Source: Eledone cirrhosa (lineage: Eukaryota). From it: a DNA stretch of 64,000 bases. Positions 13,113 to 26,063 of the stretch are shown here, piece after piece. The notes beneath the pieces are model-generated. The model searched no databases, was not told where the DNA came from, and was given only the letters and a program-made list of their open reading frames with translations. The translations under genes and the position numbers were made by a program. Numbering within the stretch: position 1 is the stretch's first letter; every line of letters begins with the position of its first letter. The DNA is taken from contig OZ024745.1 in the NCBI GenBank assembly GCA_964016885.1, forward strand, positions 22,506,001 through 22,570,000, read 5' to 3'.

Positions 13113-14600
13113 GGAAGTTATAAGGAATTATTGGAAGGAATTATTGGAAGGAATTTTTGGAAGGAATTATTGGAAGGAATTATTGGAAGCAATTATTGGA
13201 AGCAATTATTGGAAGCAATTATTGGAAACAATTATTGGAAGGAATTATTGGAAGGAATTATTGGAAGGAATTATTGGAAGGAATTATTGGAAAGAATTAT
13301 TGAAAAGAATTATTGGAAGGAATTATTGGAAGGAATTATTGGAAGGAATTATCGGAAGGAATTATTAGAAGGAATTATTGGAAGGAATTATTGGAAGGAA
13401 TTATCGGAAGGAATTATTGGAAGGAATTATTGGAAGGAATTATTGGAAAGAATTATTGGAAGGAATTATTGAAAGGAATTATTGGAAGGAATTATTGGAA
13501 GGAATTATTGGAAGGAATTATTGGAAGGAATTATTGGAAGGTCTTATCGGAAGGAATTATTGGAAGGAATTATTGGAAAGAATTATTGGAAGGAATTATT
13601 GGAAGGAATTATTGGAAGGAATTATTGAAAGGAATTATTGGAAGGAATTATTGGAAGGAATTATTGGAAGGAATTATTGGAAGGAATTATTGGAAGGAAT
13701 TATTGGAAGGAATTATTGGAAAGAATTATTGGAAGGAATTATTGGAAAGAATTATTGGAAGGAATTATTGAAAGGAATTATTGGAAGGAATTATTGGAAG
13801 GAATTATTGGAAGGAATTATTGGAAGGAATTATTGGAAGGTCTTATCGGAAGGAATTATTGGAAGGAATTATTGGAAGGAATTATTGGAAGGAATTATTG
13901 GAAGGAATTATTGAAAGGAATTATTGGAAGGAATTATTGGAAGGAATTATTGGAAGGAATTATTGGAAGGAATTATTGGAAGGTCTTATCGGAAGGAATT
14001 ATTGGAAGGAATTATTGGAAGGAATTATTGGAAGGAATTATTGGAAGGAATTATCGGAAGGACTTATCGGAAGGAATTATTGGAAGGAATTATTGGAAGG
14101 AATTATCGGAAGGACTTATCGGAAGGAATTATTGGAAGGAATTATTGGAAGGAATTATCGGAAGGACTTATCGGAAGGAATTATTGGAAGGAATTATTGG
14201 AAGGAATTATTGGAAGGAATTATCGGAAGGAATTATCGGAAGGACTTATCGGAAGGAATTATTGGAAGGAATTATTGGAAGGAATTATTGGAAGGAATTA
14301 TTGAAAGGAATTATTGGAAGGAATTGGTGGAAGGAATTATTGGAAGGAATTATCGGAAGGAATTATTAGAAGGACTTATCGGAAGGAATTATTGGAAGGA
14401 ATTATTGGAAGGAATTATTAGAAGGAATTATCGGAAGGACTTATCGGAAGGAATTATTGGAAGGAATTATTGGAAGGAATTATTGGAAGGAATTATTGGA
14501 AGGAATTATCGGAAGGAATTATTGGAAGGAATTATTGGAAGGAATTATTGGAAGGAATTATTGGAAGGAATTATTGGAAGGAATTAATAGAAGGAATTAT
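13113..14600. repeat. 13-bp tandem array (GGAAGGAATTATT)n, roughly 110 units
   Basis: Directly visible, with recurrent variants GGAAGGACTTATC, GGAAGGTCTTATC and GAAAGGAATTATT. Confidence 0.97.
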
Positions 14601-15133
14601 CTGAAAGAATTTCAGAATGAAATATTGGAAGTTAACAATAGTACGTAGAATATTGGGTATGTAACATTTCGTAACAACGTGATAGTGTGGTAGGGTGTCT
14701 TGCCATTTGGACTTAAATGTTTGGGGGATTTTTAAAACCTGATAGAACCAATCCCTTCTCTCGGTCGGAACACGGCCGATTTTTCTAGAGAGAGAAGGAG
14801 AGCGGAGAGAGCGAGAAAGGGGGAAGAGAAAGATAGAGAGGGTAAGAGTAAGAGAAAGTGGAAAGAGGGAGATTAAGCGAAAGATGGAGCATGATAGAGA
14901 GAGGGTGTGAGAAAATGAAGGTGGGGAGAGATAGAGTAAGCAAACGATAGAGGGGTAGGAGAGAGAAGGTGAGAGAAAGGGAATTATGGGAAAGAGACAG
15001 ACAGATGGAATGAATCAACCCTAGTACAGAATTGGTACTTTTATCAAATTATAAAGGTTGAAAGGTATGGTTGACCTCTGTGGGATTTGAACTCACAGAA
15101 CAGAGAATTAGAACGAATACTACTAAACATTAT

Positions 15134-15316
15134 TGGATTGGCAGTATCGGTAGTGTGTCGGACGCCATGATTTGCAGCAAAGAGTTACTGCCCTTTATGG
15201 TCTGAGTTCAAATCCCGCCGAGGTTAGCTTTGGTTTTCATCCTTACGGAGTCGATAAAATAAAGTACCAGTAATACACTGGAATAATTGCTGGCCTTGTG
15301 CTCAAAGTAGAAACAA
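15134..15316 (+). mobile_element. SINE family A copy
   Basis: Similar to 9004-9190. Confidence 0.85.
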
Positions 15317-15424
15317 TTATATCCGGCGTTCTAAAGACTCTGCTAACTTGCTGCCTCTAGTCGTAGGGTGAATATTAATGAATAATTATATCTGCACATA
15401 TACATAAAAGAGGTAACTGAGACT

Positions 15425-15636
15425 GCGTGTGGCTGAGTGGTTAGAGAATTGGATTCACAATCTTGAGATTGTGAGTTCGATTCCTGGACCGGGCGATGCG
15501 TTATGTCCTTGAGCAAGACACTTTATTTCACGTTGCTCCTTCTACCTGGATTTGCGACCGATAGATAGTATTAGCAACTGGAAAGACCGACGAAAACATT
15601 GTTTCCTCGGTCCGATTTGACGAAAGTCGATCGATC

Positions 15637-15637
<1 letters not shown>
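15425..15637 (+). mobile_element. tRNA-derived SINE family B
   Basis: A-box TGGCTGAGTGG, B-box GTTCGATTCC, GTCCTTGAGCAAGACACTT core; related copies at 22118-22390(-) and 22788-22990(+). Confidence 0.75.
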
Positions 15638-15669
<32 letters not shown>

Positions 15670-15672
<3 letters not shown>

Positions 15673-16107
15673 AAAATTATAAAAAATAAACAAAGAAGCC
15701 TTCAATACATCAAAAGTCTTTATTAGCTGACAGTGTTTCGTCCCATTAATAGGGACTCATCAGAGCTATCTTGCCCTATAGTCTATATTTGCAAATGCAC
15801 ACTTTTAGCTTTAGCATATCTTTCCTTGTTGTCTTTCCTAAGTTTTCATAGATATAAATTCCCTGTTCTTCTGAGTTTTGGTTGTTCTGGCCGTTAATGT
15901 TTCTTGTCTCTTTACTTGCTCTGATGAGTCCCTATTAATGGGACGAAACACTGTCAGCTAATAAAGACTTTTGATGTATTGAAGGCTTCTTTGTTTATTT
16001 TTTATAATTTTACAGCTCTGTTGAATTACATTGAGCTATACCTTTACTGTCATTTCTCTAATACGACGAGTGTGTTTAACTCCAACGCACTCAAGTATTT
16101 TAATCTT
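15670..16107 (+). mobile_element. Non-autonomous Penelope-like/retrozyme element with an inverted partial terminal repeat
   Basis: Bounded by (TA)n on both sides; 15670-15766 is the essentially perfect reverse complement of 15918-16012; each arm contains a canonical hammerhead. Confidence 0.7.
15918..15958 (+). ncRNA. Canonical-core hammerhead ribozyme (antisense copy at 15725-15766)
   Basis: gct-CTGATGA-GTCCC-TATTAAT-GGGAC-GAAAC-ACT-GTC-agc followed by AATAAA; GUC triplet. Confidence 0.85.
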
Positions 16108-16669
16108 ATATATATATATATATATATAAACATTTATATATAAACATTAAAATACCAATGCCATGTGTTAAACCCTCCAGTATTCCGATCATTTGATCAG
16201 AGACACACACTGTATTTAAGGTCGGGTGACGCAATTTCGAGCGATTAGCGGCCTTTAGACTCACCTGACAAATGAAACAATTGTTAATACTGTAAATAAA
16301 ACCCTTTTTATACAGCCGACCATGTTATTCTTCACTCTTTCACTACTATATATATGTATACAGGCCAAATACGTATTTCCCTGTAAGTTGAAATATTTAT
16401 CTTTCATTTATTTTTCGGACCTAGTTGGGTCCTACTTGAAGCTATGTATATCGTCTAAACAACCACAAAGACATATGTAAACCAAGGTCTTATATACTCT
16501 GACATTTATCGTAGTATCCTTAAATGAACATACTAATTTACCTGTATAAATATTGAAAATATAGTAAATTTCTAATCATATATTTACACATATATACCGT
16601 CTCAGTCACATCGATTCTGTATATATACAGATATAACTTTATCATAAACTCGACTGCTTGGTGCACAAC

Positions 16670-16757
<88 letters not shown>

Positions 16758-17799
16758 ACATAATATATATACTAGATAACTGCCAACACGAGTGCTAAGA
16801 AAATATATATATAAGAAAGAATGAAAGAACGAAAGAAAGAAACAATGAAGGAAGGAGAGAAGGAATGTTGGAATAGAAAGGATTTGAAAGAAAGAGAAAC
16901 GTTTGCAATGAAAACGAACGAAGGTTGAAGAAATTCCGAAAAAATGAAAGGAAGGAATAAAATAAAAAGAAAGAGTGATTAAAAAAGGAAAGATATCTTG
17001 AAATAGAATAAATTAGAGGAAGAATGAATGTTTAAAAAAGATTGAAAGAATGAAAATAAGTGAGAAAAAAAGAAGGAAGGGAAATGTCTCTAAACAGGAA
17101 ATAGCACTTGAGATAATGAAGTCCTATATACTCTGAATAAAGCCTTTGGAATGCCTTTGAACAAAAGTTTGACTAGGGCTAACCTTGAGTTAAACGTTAG
17201 CAACAAAACTTCCACAGGTCAGCGTAACCATTTCGACCAATTAACAGAATTAAGGTTGGCAGAATTCAACAATACCTCAATCACTAACATATACATAAAG
17301 GAACCTATATATAGTCAGTTAAGCTGCTAGTAATAGCAGCCAAATTTATCTTAAATCTTGCACTTAAAAATAAATGTAACATAGAATAATGTGGTCTTCT
17401 CTTCTTGAGTCTTCCCTCCTTCGAAGGGGAAGCATTTTTTCCCTTTTCTAATGGCTAGAATATATGCGGCTCACCACATCTGCATACTCATAGATTTCTT
17501 CTTGTGCCAACACCCATTGTCGAATTAATAGTCGATCATCTGTGAAGACAACGAGGTCATCCAGTTTAACTGATGATCATCGCATGAACAATTGCTAATT
17601 ATGAGAAAAGCAAGATTTTTATCGAGGTTTACTCCTCTAGATCGGACTTGTTATGCTAGACTATCTGTAATAGCCATATCAGAGGTACCTCGTGTAGGAT
17701 GTGACTTTTCACCACACGTAGGTCTTCGAACTGAGAGTGGTCTTACACTGACTGAATAAAAGCTGGAACGTCCTTAATCAAAGATTTGCTCCCTTGCAG

Positions 17800-18048
17800 C
17801 TGATCTGCCTAAGTGTCTGATAAATATTCAAAAATACCCAAGAGACGCTTAAATTCTAAAGAAATCTCTCCACACGACTACCATCTACAACCACTCATAT
17901 CACGGTCAAATCTCCCACATAATGTAACTGAGCAAATTATTCGTAATTATAAAACCCTGCAAAATAAAAATAAAAAGTTGAGCCCCATTATACAAACCCA
18001 TTACCCTCGTACACAACAACTTTTACTCGTTCAGATAACACTAATCTA

Positions 18049-18115
<67 letters not shown>

Positions 18116-18163
18116 CGCTCGCTCTCGCTCTCTCTCTCTCTCTCTCTCTCCCCCCCTCTCTCT

Positions 18164-18195
<32 letters not shown>

Positions 18196-18965
18196 CTAAA
18201 TCACAATGGGAATTCACACCACTACCGTACTAATAAAATTGGCACACAAAATATACAACAGCTTCACCAATAAAACCCCCTACACTGATCCTTCTACTTA
18301 CAATTCACACCGGTACAACTCTCGAGATTACACTCTGTTATACACATATAGATGAAATAAGCAATACCTTAAGAACACAAATTGCCAACTAGCAATCTAC
18401 TTTTCACGTTTCCAAGCTTATGTAGTTTACAATAAAACATCTAGAATCTGTAATTTCTGAAAATTTAGTGCCAGAGGGATCTGTCCTGTTTCCCACTCTT
18501 TTTAACCTTTATCTACACACACGATTACATCCAAATAATCACATACATCTACAGCACTTTAGAACAGAACGCTCAGTCAACGCCTATTCCTAAGAATCGA
18601 TAGAAATATATAAAATATATATTCAAGTTATAAGGCACTACTATAACGTTCAAAACAATTTTGAAATTAGGCATGGCATTCAGAAAGCCAAACGGGCCGC
18701 AGTTTACTCATGAAAGTTTTAAACGATTCTTAGTGGTGCAAACACAAATATGTGTTCTAGAAGTTCGCTTTGGTATCGTGTGGCTGCAGATTGGGTCCCA
18801 CTTCACAATACTCGGTCAAATGACATTACTCCAGAGAACGATACTTCTCGGACTTAACTAGTCTCACGCCATATTCATTTTTCTCGTATCACCCACAATC
18901 TGCCCAGAGCCACAGGCTCCGCACGAATCATTTTTCTAAATCCTTCTGGAATACCCCCAACCCAT
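17800..18965 (+). pseudogene. Decayed Jockey/I-like LINE reverse-transcriptase remnant
   Basis: 18468-18518 translates VPEGSVLFPTLFNLYLH, matching the RT motif GVPQGSVLSPxLFNLY; boundaries uncertain. Confidence 0.5.
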
Positions 18966-19058
<93 letters not shown>

Positions 19059-19244
19059 AAAACCCCAGCTTGCAACTATTCAAGAGGAAAATTAATTATG
19101 TCGATCTCAGTGGTCTCTGCGGGTTTGCAAAGTGAATGGACACAACCATTTCCGTCAGACCAAATTATTAGAAAAAAATAAGATTATCCCTAACAAAAAC
19201 AGTTAAATGCTACCAACACAGCCACCAATACCAAATATTCTCCA

Positions 19245-19995
19245 CAACCACCATTATCATCGCCACCACCATTACCATCACGATTATGCCCATCACCACC
19301 CTCACAACTAGCGTTAATAGCCCAATCTCCACCACACCATCACCACCATTACCATCACAATTATCCCCATCACCACCCTCACAACTAACGTTAACAGCCC
19401 AATCGCCACCACACCATCACCACCATTACCATCACCACCATCACCACCATCACACCATAACCACCTTATCGCCATAACCACCATAACCACCATCACCACC
19501 ATCACCACCATCACCACCATCACCACCATCACCACCATCATCACCATCACCACCATCACCACCATCACCACCAGCACCACCACGCCACCATCACCCCATA
19601 ACCACCATCATCAACGTCACCACCATCACCATCATCACCACGATCATCACCATCACCATCACCATCATCACCACCATCACCATCGTCACCATCACCACCA
19701 TCATCACCATCACCACCATCACCATCATCACCATCACCATCATCACCACCATCACATTCATCACCACCACCACTATCACCACCATCACCACCATCACCAC
19801 CATCAACACCATCACCATCACCATCATCACCATCACCACCATCACCATCATCATCATCATCAACGTCACCACCATCACCATCATCACCATCACCATCACC
19901 ACCATCACCATCAACACCACCATCACCATCATCACCATCACCATCACCATCATCACCATCACCATCACCACCATCACCATCATCACCATCACTGC
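19245..19995. repeat. Mixed (CAC/CAT)n trinucleotide tract
   Basis: Directly visible. Confidence 0.95.
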
Positions 19996-20978
19996 AATCA
20001 ATGTTAACAGCACCACCACTAAAAACAAACCACCCCGCCAGTATGAATTTCATCGCACATATTTCTAGATACGAAGTATCTTGCTTCCGTTCACGCACGC
20101 ACACATACACACACGCACACACACACACACTCATACACACATACACACACGGTCACACCCATCCACAAATATACATACACACACACACATCTTCCTACTT
20201 ATTTACCCTCCACCCAGCCTACCATCAGGAATTTTCATAAAGATACCCCACACTGTACTTCTCACAACCGCAACTTACCCTAATCCCATCTAAATATGGT
20301 GCATGGACGTAAAATCACGTTTTTCACAGCACCTCCCACCCCAATACTTAATTCCATCTACACTTTTTGTTTCATTGCCCCCTGTCTCTGTTACTCTCTC
20401 TCTCTCTGCTCTGTCTCTCCCTCTCTCTCCCCCCTCTGTCCCTCTCTCTCACTCTCTCTCTCACACTCTCTCACACTCTCTCTCTCTCTTTCCCTCTCTC
20501 TCTCACTCTCTCCCTCCCCCTCTCGCTCTCTCTCTCACTCTCTCTCGCTGACATAGTCACTACTTAAAAACTGATAGCGAATGGTCTTCTAAATGTTTTT
20601 AATTAAACATACGGTATATTGCCAAATATACTATATATACATTCATGTATACATCGGTATTTCAGAGCACCAATCCTAATACCTAATTTTTGCTGGACAG
20701 GCAATCACTCTGTGTAATTAGCTCCTGATTATTACTGGAATTCTATAAGAATCCAGCTTCTATAATTTTCGGCAAAGGCAGGATAGTGCTTTGCTTTGAT
20801 AAACGCCAACCAGCGAGAAACAGCTGTCAGCCACTCTCCCAACCTCTGCCGAAAATAAGTAAGTGACATAGTCATTATTTTAAAACTCATAGCGAATGGT
20901 CTTCTAAATGTTTTTAATTAAACATACAGTATATAGCCAAATATACTATACACACATTCATACACACACACACGCACA

Positions 20979-21075
<97 letters not shown>

Positions 21076-21184
21076 CCTCGTCCACTCAGCAGGCAAAAAA
21101 GAGAGGTACCTGTAATTCAAAATGTCACCTTGTCACACACTGTGCCATTTTGAATCTCTCTGGTAGTTAAATTTAAAGTCTGTC

Positions 21185-21420
21185 CCAAGCCCGCAGGTTC
21201 ATCAAGACGGCGCTTATCACGATTGCCTCGGTGTTAAGTGACTAAGCGTGCCAGTCTTTTCCTCTGGAGAGGACGCCAGTCTATCACAGGATTAACTCCC
21301 AACTTCTGCTACTGCTGTTGCTGGTATTTATTTTCAGCTGAATGTGGTGAATCAACGTGAACTGAAGTGTTTTTCTGAATAACACGCCGAGCCACCAGAG
21401 CAACGAATCGACCCCAGTGA
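21185..21420 (-). mobile_element. Degenerate SINE (third family)
   Basis: Decayed tRNA-head/core-like motifs on the minus strand; GGACGCCAGTCTATCACAGG segment typical of invertebrate SINE bodies. Confidence 0.4.
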
Positions 21421-22117
21421 TAGCAGATTCATTTAATTGTTGATTTAATATATTTGTGACAGAACCTCGACGGATATTAATTACATATGTTCGGAGATAT
21501 TCTCTATCATGTTTTCTGAGTAGTTCCATATTTTTAAAGACTATCCTCTCCATTAAGTTGATGTCAGTAGTGTGAGACGATGATGTTCAATTATTGCACA
21601 GTTATGTAACGTCCATAAAGTTCTTGGTTAATGCTGCTATATATGAGCCTGAGTTATCAAGTTGAAGAGACAATCCGGAAGATGATCGAAAATTCTGTCT
21701 TACTACTCTTAAAAACTGAACGTATTTCACAACATTTATATTTCCACTTCCAGACTAAACAATAAAAGAAAATTGGAGGCTGAAAAATCATGCAGTTATA
21801 ACGTCAATTTTATTCCGTCTGGCATGTTTGTACTGTTAAATCTTCTTGGTCACGAAATCTATCAACCCCAAGCTATGGTGTTTTGTGCATTCCTATTATC
21901 ATAAATGGCGGATATGGTCAAATCGATAGGAGTTATTGGCAAGCAACCAAGAGTTCTACAGTTCGTGTCTTGTTGCAGACTAAATTGTTCAGAATATTTA
22001 CTTCGCAAAATATTTGATAAATACATATACCAGTTATCTTCTGAGATCATCTCTTACAAATTATTGATTTGTTCGAATGTTAAACTGGCACTCTGCCGGT
22101 TACGAAGACGAATTTTC

Positions 22118-22390
22118 TAGTTGATCCGATCAACGGAACTGCCTGCACGTGAAATTGACATGTAAGTGACGCATAACCTTGAGTAATTCTCAGGGAGATT
22201 CAACGTGATACCGAATGTGACAAGGCTGGCTCTTCGAATTACAGGTAGAATTCATTTTTGCCAGCTGAGTGGACTGGAGCAATGTAAAATCAAGTGTCTA
22301 GCTCAAGGACACAACGCGCCGCCAGGAATCGAACTCACGACCTTACGCTTGTAAGCCTAATACCCTAACCAGAAAGCCACGCGCCTTCAC
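22118..22390 (-). mobile_element. SINE family B copy
   Basis: Reverse complement has a B-box (GTTCGATTCC) and GTGTCCTTGAGCTAGACACTT. Confidence 0.75.
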
Positions 22391-22787
22391 ATGTTCGAAT
22401 GTTACATCAAAGAAAAACACAGGAGTATTCAAAATATTTCAGGTCTAGAAACAGCAGACAAATCTTACACATGTGATCTTGACGCTAGTATTTTTCACTG
22501 CTTTCTCACAATCTGTTTTATCATCAAATATACTTGAATGCTGATGTCCTTAGACAAGGTTTCTGCTACACACAAACTTTAATCTACTTTCCAGTTCACT
22601 GACCAAGCCGTAGAGGTGTCTAACTCTAACACCATTTTACAACCATCAACCACCCACATCCACTTTTTTTATATTGTCATAGGTCACCGTACATTTTTGT
22701 TTTTAATTCTGAATGTCCATTTGGTCTGTCTGTATTTATAACTTGATATAGTCACTTGATATAGCTTGGTTTGGGAGAAGTGATAAG

Positions 22788-22990
22788 TGAAGGCACGTAA
22801 CTAAGTGGTTAGTGAGTTGGATTGGTAATTGTGAGATGTTGCGAATTCGATTCCCGGACTGGGGGATGCGTTATATCGTTGAGTAAACACTTTATTCCAC
22901 GTTGCTCCTATCAGGAGTTGTCGCCAGCAGATAATATATCAGTAATGGAAAGACAAATGAAAACATTTGACGAGTTTTACCCGACTCGGT
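22788..22990 (+). mobile_element. SINE family B copy (diverged)
   Basis: Aligns by eye with 15425-15620. Confidence 0.7.
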
Positions 22991-24553
22991 AAGCGAATGA
23001 GAGCAGATCTTGTCGATCGAATAAGTGTCGCAAATATGAGTTTGAGATGCTGTTTTGATTCCCGGTTAAGCCATGGAAATTAACTATTTTGTCATACCTT
23101 CGTCTTGTTAAGATGGTTATCACTTTTCAGTCTCAAAACCTTCCTATATTTCTTGGGATATACCACGAGAAAATTAAAGGACATTATATTGCCTCAGTAT
23201 GACCGCTTTGTTTACCGATAATCTTTCCGTTAAACACAGAAGACACATAACCTCAAACGTACGGAAATGTGTTGAATCTGACGATGGGTAGCTGAAGAAA
23301 TGAAGTTCTTTGTTTTCTTGTCCTTCAATTTTGTTTGGTTTACTGTCTCTCTGCAATGTTTTCTCAATTCCTTGTCTTATTCTCCATTGCTTTTATAGTC
23401 GAGATGTTAATTTTCTTGTGGCAACTGTTTTCGTTTGCCGTCTTTTGTCCATCTTTGTTTATATATATATATATATTTATATATATAGGAAAAGAATCAG
23501 GACCCCGACGGCTGAGCTCAGGCCGTTTCGACAGCTAGATCCGAATGGATGCGTTATGGTCCACCTGGTATCTCACCACACCTTCTTTGTTAAGTATATA
23601 TATAGTAATAATAATAAATGTGAAGACTAAAATCCAAAGAGGGCTCGATAAGGATAAATATATATCAAATATATAAGAACCCTAGAGTAAATATTTATAT
23701 ATTGTTCAATCATTTATATATTGTTCAATCATCTTACCAGAAGCCTAACATTATTTATGTAAGCGGACAGTACTTGATTTAGGAGTCGCAGAAACCCAAA
23801 TACTGGATTTTACCAACCTTCCAGGGGTCCGGGTAAATTTTCAATCACATATATTTTTATTGTTTGACCCGAATTACTTGGTCATTTCTTTGGCTGTGCG
23901 GATGTTTGTTTAACCATCGTCTCGGTGTGTTTGGCCTTTAACGTATGCTTTTGTTCATCTGAATCATCGAGCGCTTGCCACACATCCCGGAAGTTGTTTT
24001 TCGTTAATTCCTAGGCCGAAATATGATTCTCGCTAATTTATATTTGTATATATATATATATATAAGGAATTTATATCTAGTAACATCTATATACACACAG
24101 ATGCATATCAATGCTAGCAAATATATAGGTTTTGTCTTATTAACAATGTGGTTCAATGCATGGGGTTGCAGAACAATAATATGAGAGACTTAAAATAAGA
24201 AAATTATAAAATTAACTTACTTACTAAAAAATCACTTCCAACTAATTAGTTTCTGGAATGGAGTAAATATATTTTCCGAAGAAATTTATTGAAAATCATT
24301 CCGTCATCAGGAAAGTCTTTTTCCGTATAGGTCTCCGGGCATAGCGAGGACACTGGAAACTTATTAAAAAAATAATTCAGTGGAATGGAAATAGCGATGC
24401 GTGGACTGGATTCCAAGCCATTGAGAAAATCACTGCCTCTCTCTCTATATATATATATATATATATGTAAAAGGTAAATAGAAATAACAACACAATCGGT
24501 ACAGTATATGGAAGGTATATATTAGGTTAACGCTTGATATAGCAGGAAGAGGG

Positions 24554-24590
24554 TCTTAACGTTTCGGACGCTAGTCTTTCATCAGAAGAA
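24554..24590 (-). ncRNA. Minimal hammerhead motif (family copies at 33349-33386 minus and about 45035-45070 plus, decayed)
   Basis: Reverse strand tctt-CTGATGA-AAGAC-TAGC-GTCC-GAAAC-GTTA-aga; palindromic AACGTT stem III. Confidence 0.65.
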
Positions 24591-25192
24591 GAAATGAGAA
24601 ATAAAATAGATTGAGGAGACGGGCGGGTTATATATAAAGCCGTCGGGGTCAAACAGTTTCATATATATATATTTGTTTTGCAAGGTTTTTGATATGAAAT
24701 CGTGTGTCGAAACAAATATTGTTAAACTTGGGGAGGGTCATATTGTTGTAATAATATTGCCAGAAATAATAATAATAAAAATAATTGTAATGGCATAGAC
24801 AATACAATAAAATAGGAGGGAACATAATAGTACCACTGATGATGTTGCAGATGTGCAACGAAAGAACTTTGTTAGACTATATATATATATTTATATCTGT
24901 ATTTTTAACCGTTGGGCAATCAATGATAAACGTTGATTGCCAAATAAATTAACTATGGAAATATAAAAGATACAGAAGCGAAAACCAACCAAACAGTGAG
25001 TGTGTTCTGTTATTATTTCTGGCAATATTATTACAACAATATGACCCTCCCCAAGTATAACAATATATATATATAATTCAATTTATGAAAGTGATTGATC
25101 AGATAATTCACTGACTTTTGTCGTAAACAGACGTAAAACACTACGATTTGTTGTTCCTTAAAATGTGGTATCAACCGGAGTGTCAATATTAG

Positions 25193-25376
25193 GGCGGTGG
25201 ATTGGCAGTATCGGTAGACGGTCGGACGCCATGCTTTCCAGCATAGTTACGTCCCTTTACGATCTGAGTTCAAATCCTGCCGAGGTTGACTTTGCCTTTC
25301 ATCCTTACGGGGTCGATAAAATAAAGTACCAGTAATGCACTGGTAATTGCTGGCCTTGTGCCTAAAGTAGAAACAA
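25193..25376 (+). mobile_element. SINE family A copy
   Basis: Similar to 9004-9190. Confidence 0.85.
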
Positions 25377-25880
25377 ATATTATAAAAGAGAGAATTATAT
25401 AATATAGAGGTTGTACATTTGAAACCGCCTCTTTTCTTTATAATATTATAAATATATATATATATATATATATTTATAATATTATAAATAAAAGAGGCGG
25501 TTTCAAATGTACAACCTCTATATTATATAATAAACAGAGAATGTACATTTAGAACCGTTTCTCTCATAAGGACTGGGAAACCGGTAAAGTAAACAAATAT
25601 TATTAAAATACTCTAATTGCATTTTCGATTTCTTTTCCTTATATGCAGATGTGCAACGAAAGAACTTTGTTAGACTATATATATGTGTTTGTGTCTATAT
25701 TATATCTGTATTTTTGACCGTTGGTCAGTCAATGGTAACATTGAGGACCGAATAAATTAAATTAACCGATATAAAAGACACAGAAGAGAAAACCAGCCAA
25801 ACAGTGAGTGTGTTCTATTATTAATTCTGGCAATATTATTACAGAAATATGACCCTCCCCAAGTATATATATATATATAA

Positions 25881-26063
25881 TTGTTTCTTCTTTTGGCACA
25901 AGGCCAGCAATTATTCCAGTTCATTACTGGTGCTTTACTTTATTGACCACGTAAGGATGAAAGGCAAAGTTAACCTCGGCGGGATTTGAACTCAGATCGT
26001 AAAGGGACGTAACTCTTTGCGTCAAAGCATGGCATCCGCCCTCTACCGATACTGCCAATCCAC
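25881..26063 (-). mobile_element. SINE family A copy
   Basis: Reverse complement of family A. Confidence 0.85.

Noticed and set aside
13131-14648. Repeat-protein ORFs (EGIIGRNYWKELL)n
   Set aside because: By-product of a 13-bp satellite, the same peptide in all three frames
15425-15500. tRNA gene
   Set aside because: A/B boxes present but no full cloverleaf, and it continues into a SINE body
16220-16270. Hammerhead-like motif on the minus strand (CTAAAGG...GAAATTGCGTC)
   Set aside because: Core and stem II too degenerate to support
21180-21200. GTCCCAAGCCC as a twister ribozyme core
   Set aside because: No flanking P1/P2 or GAGGG pseudoknot partner; sits at the end of a decayed SINE
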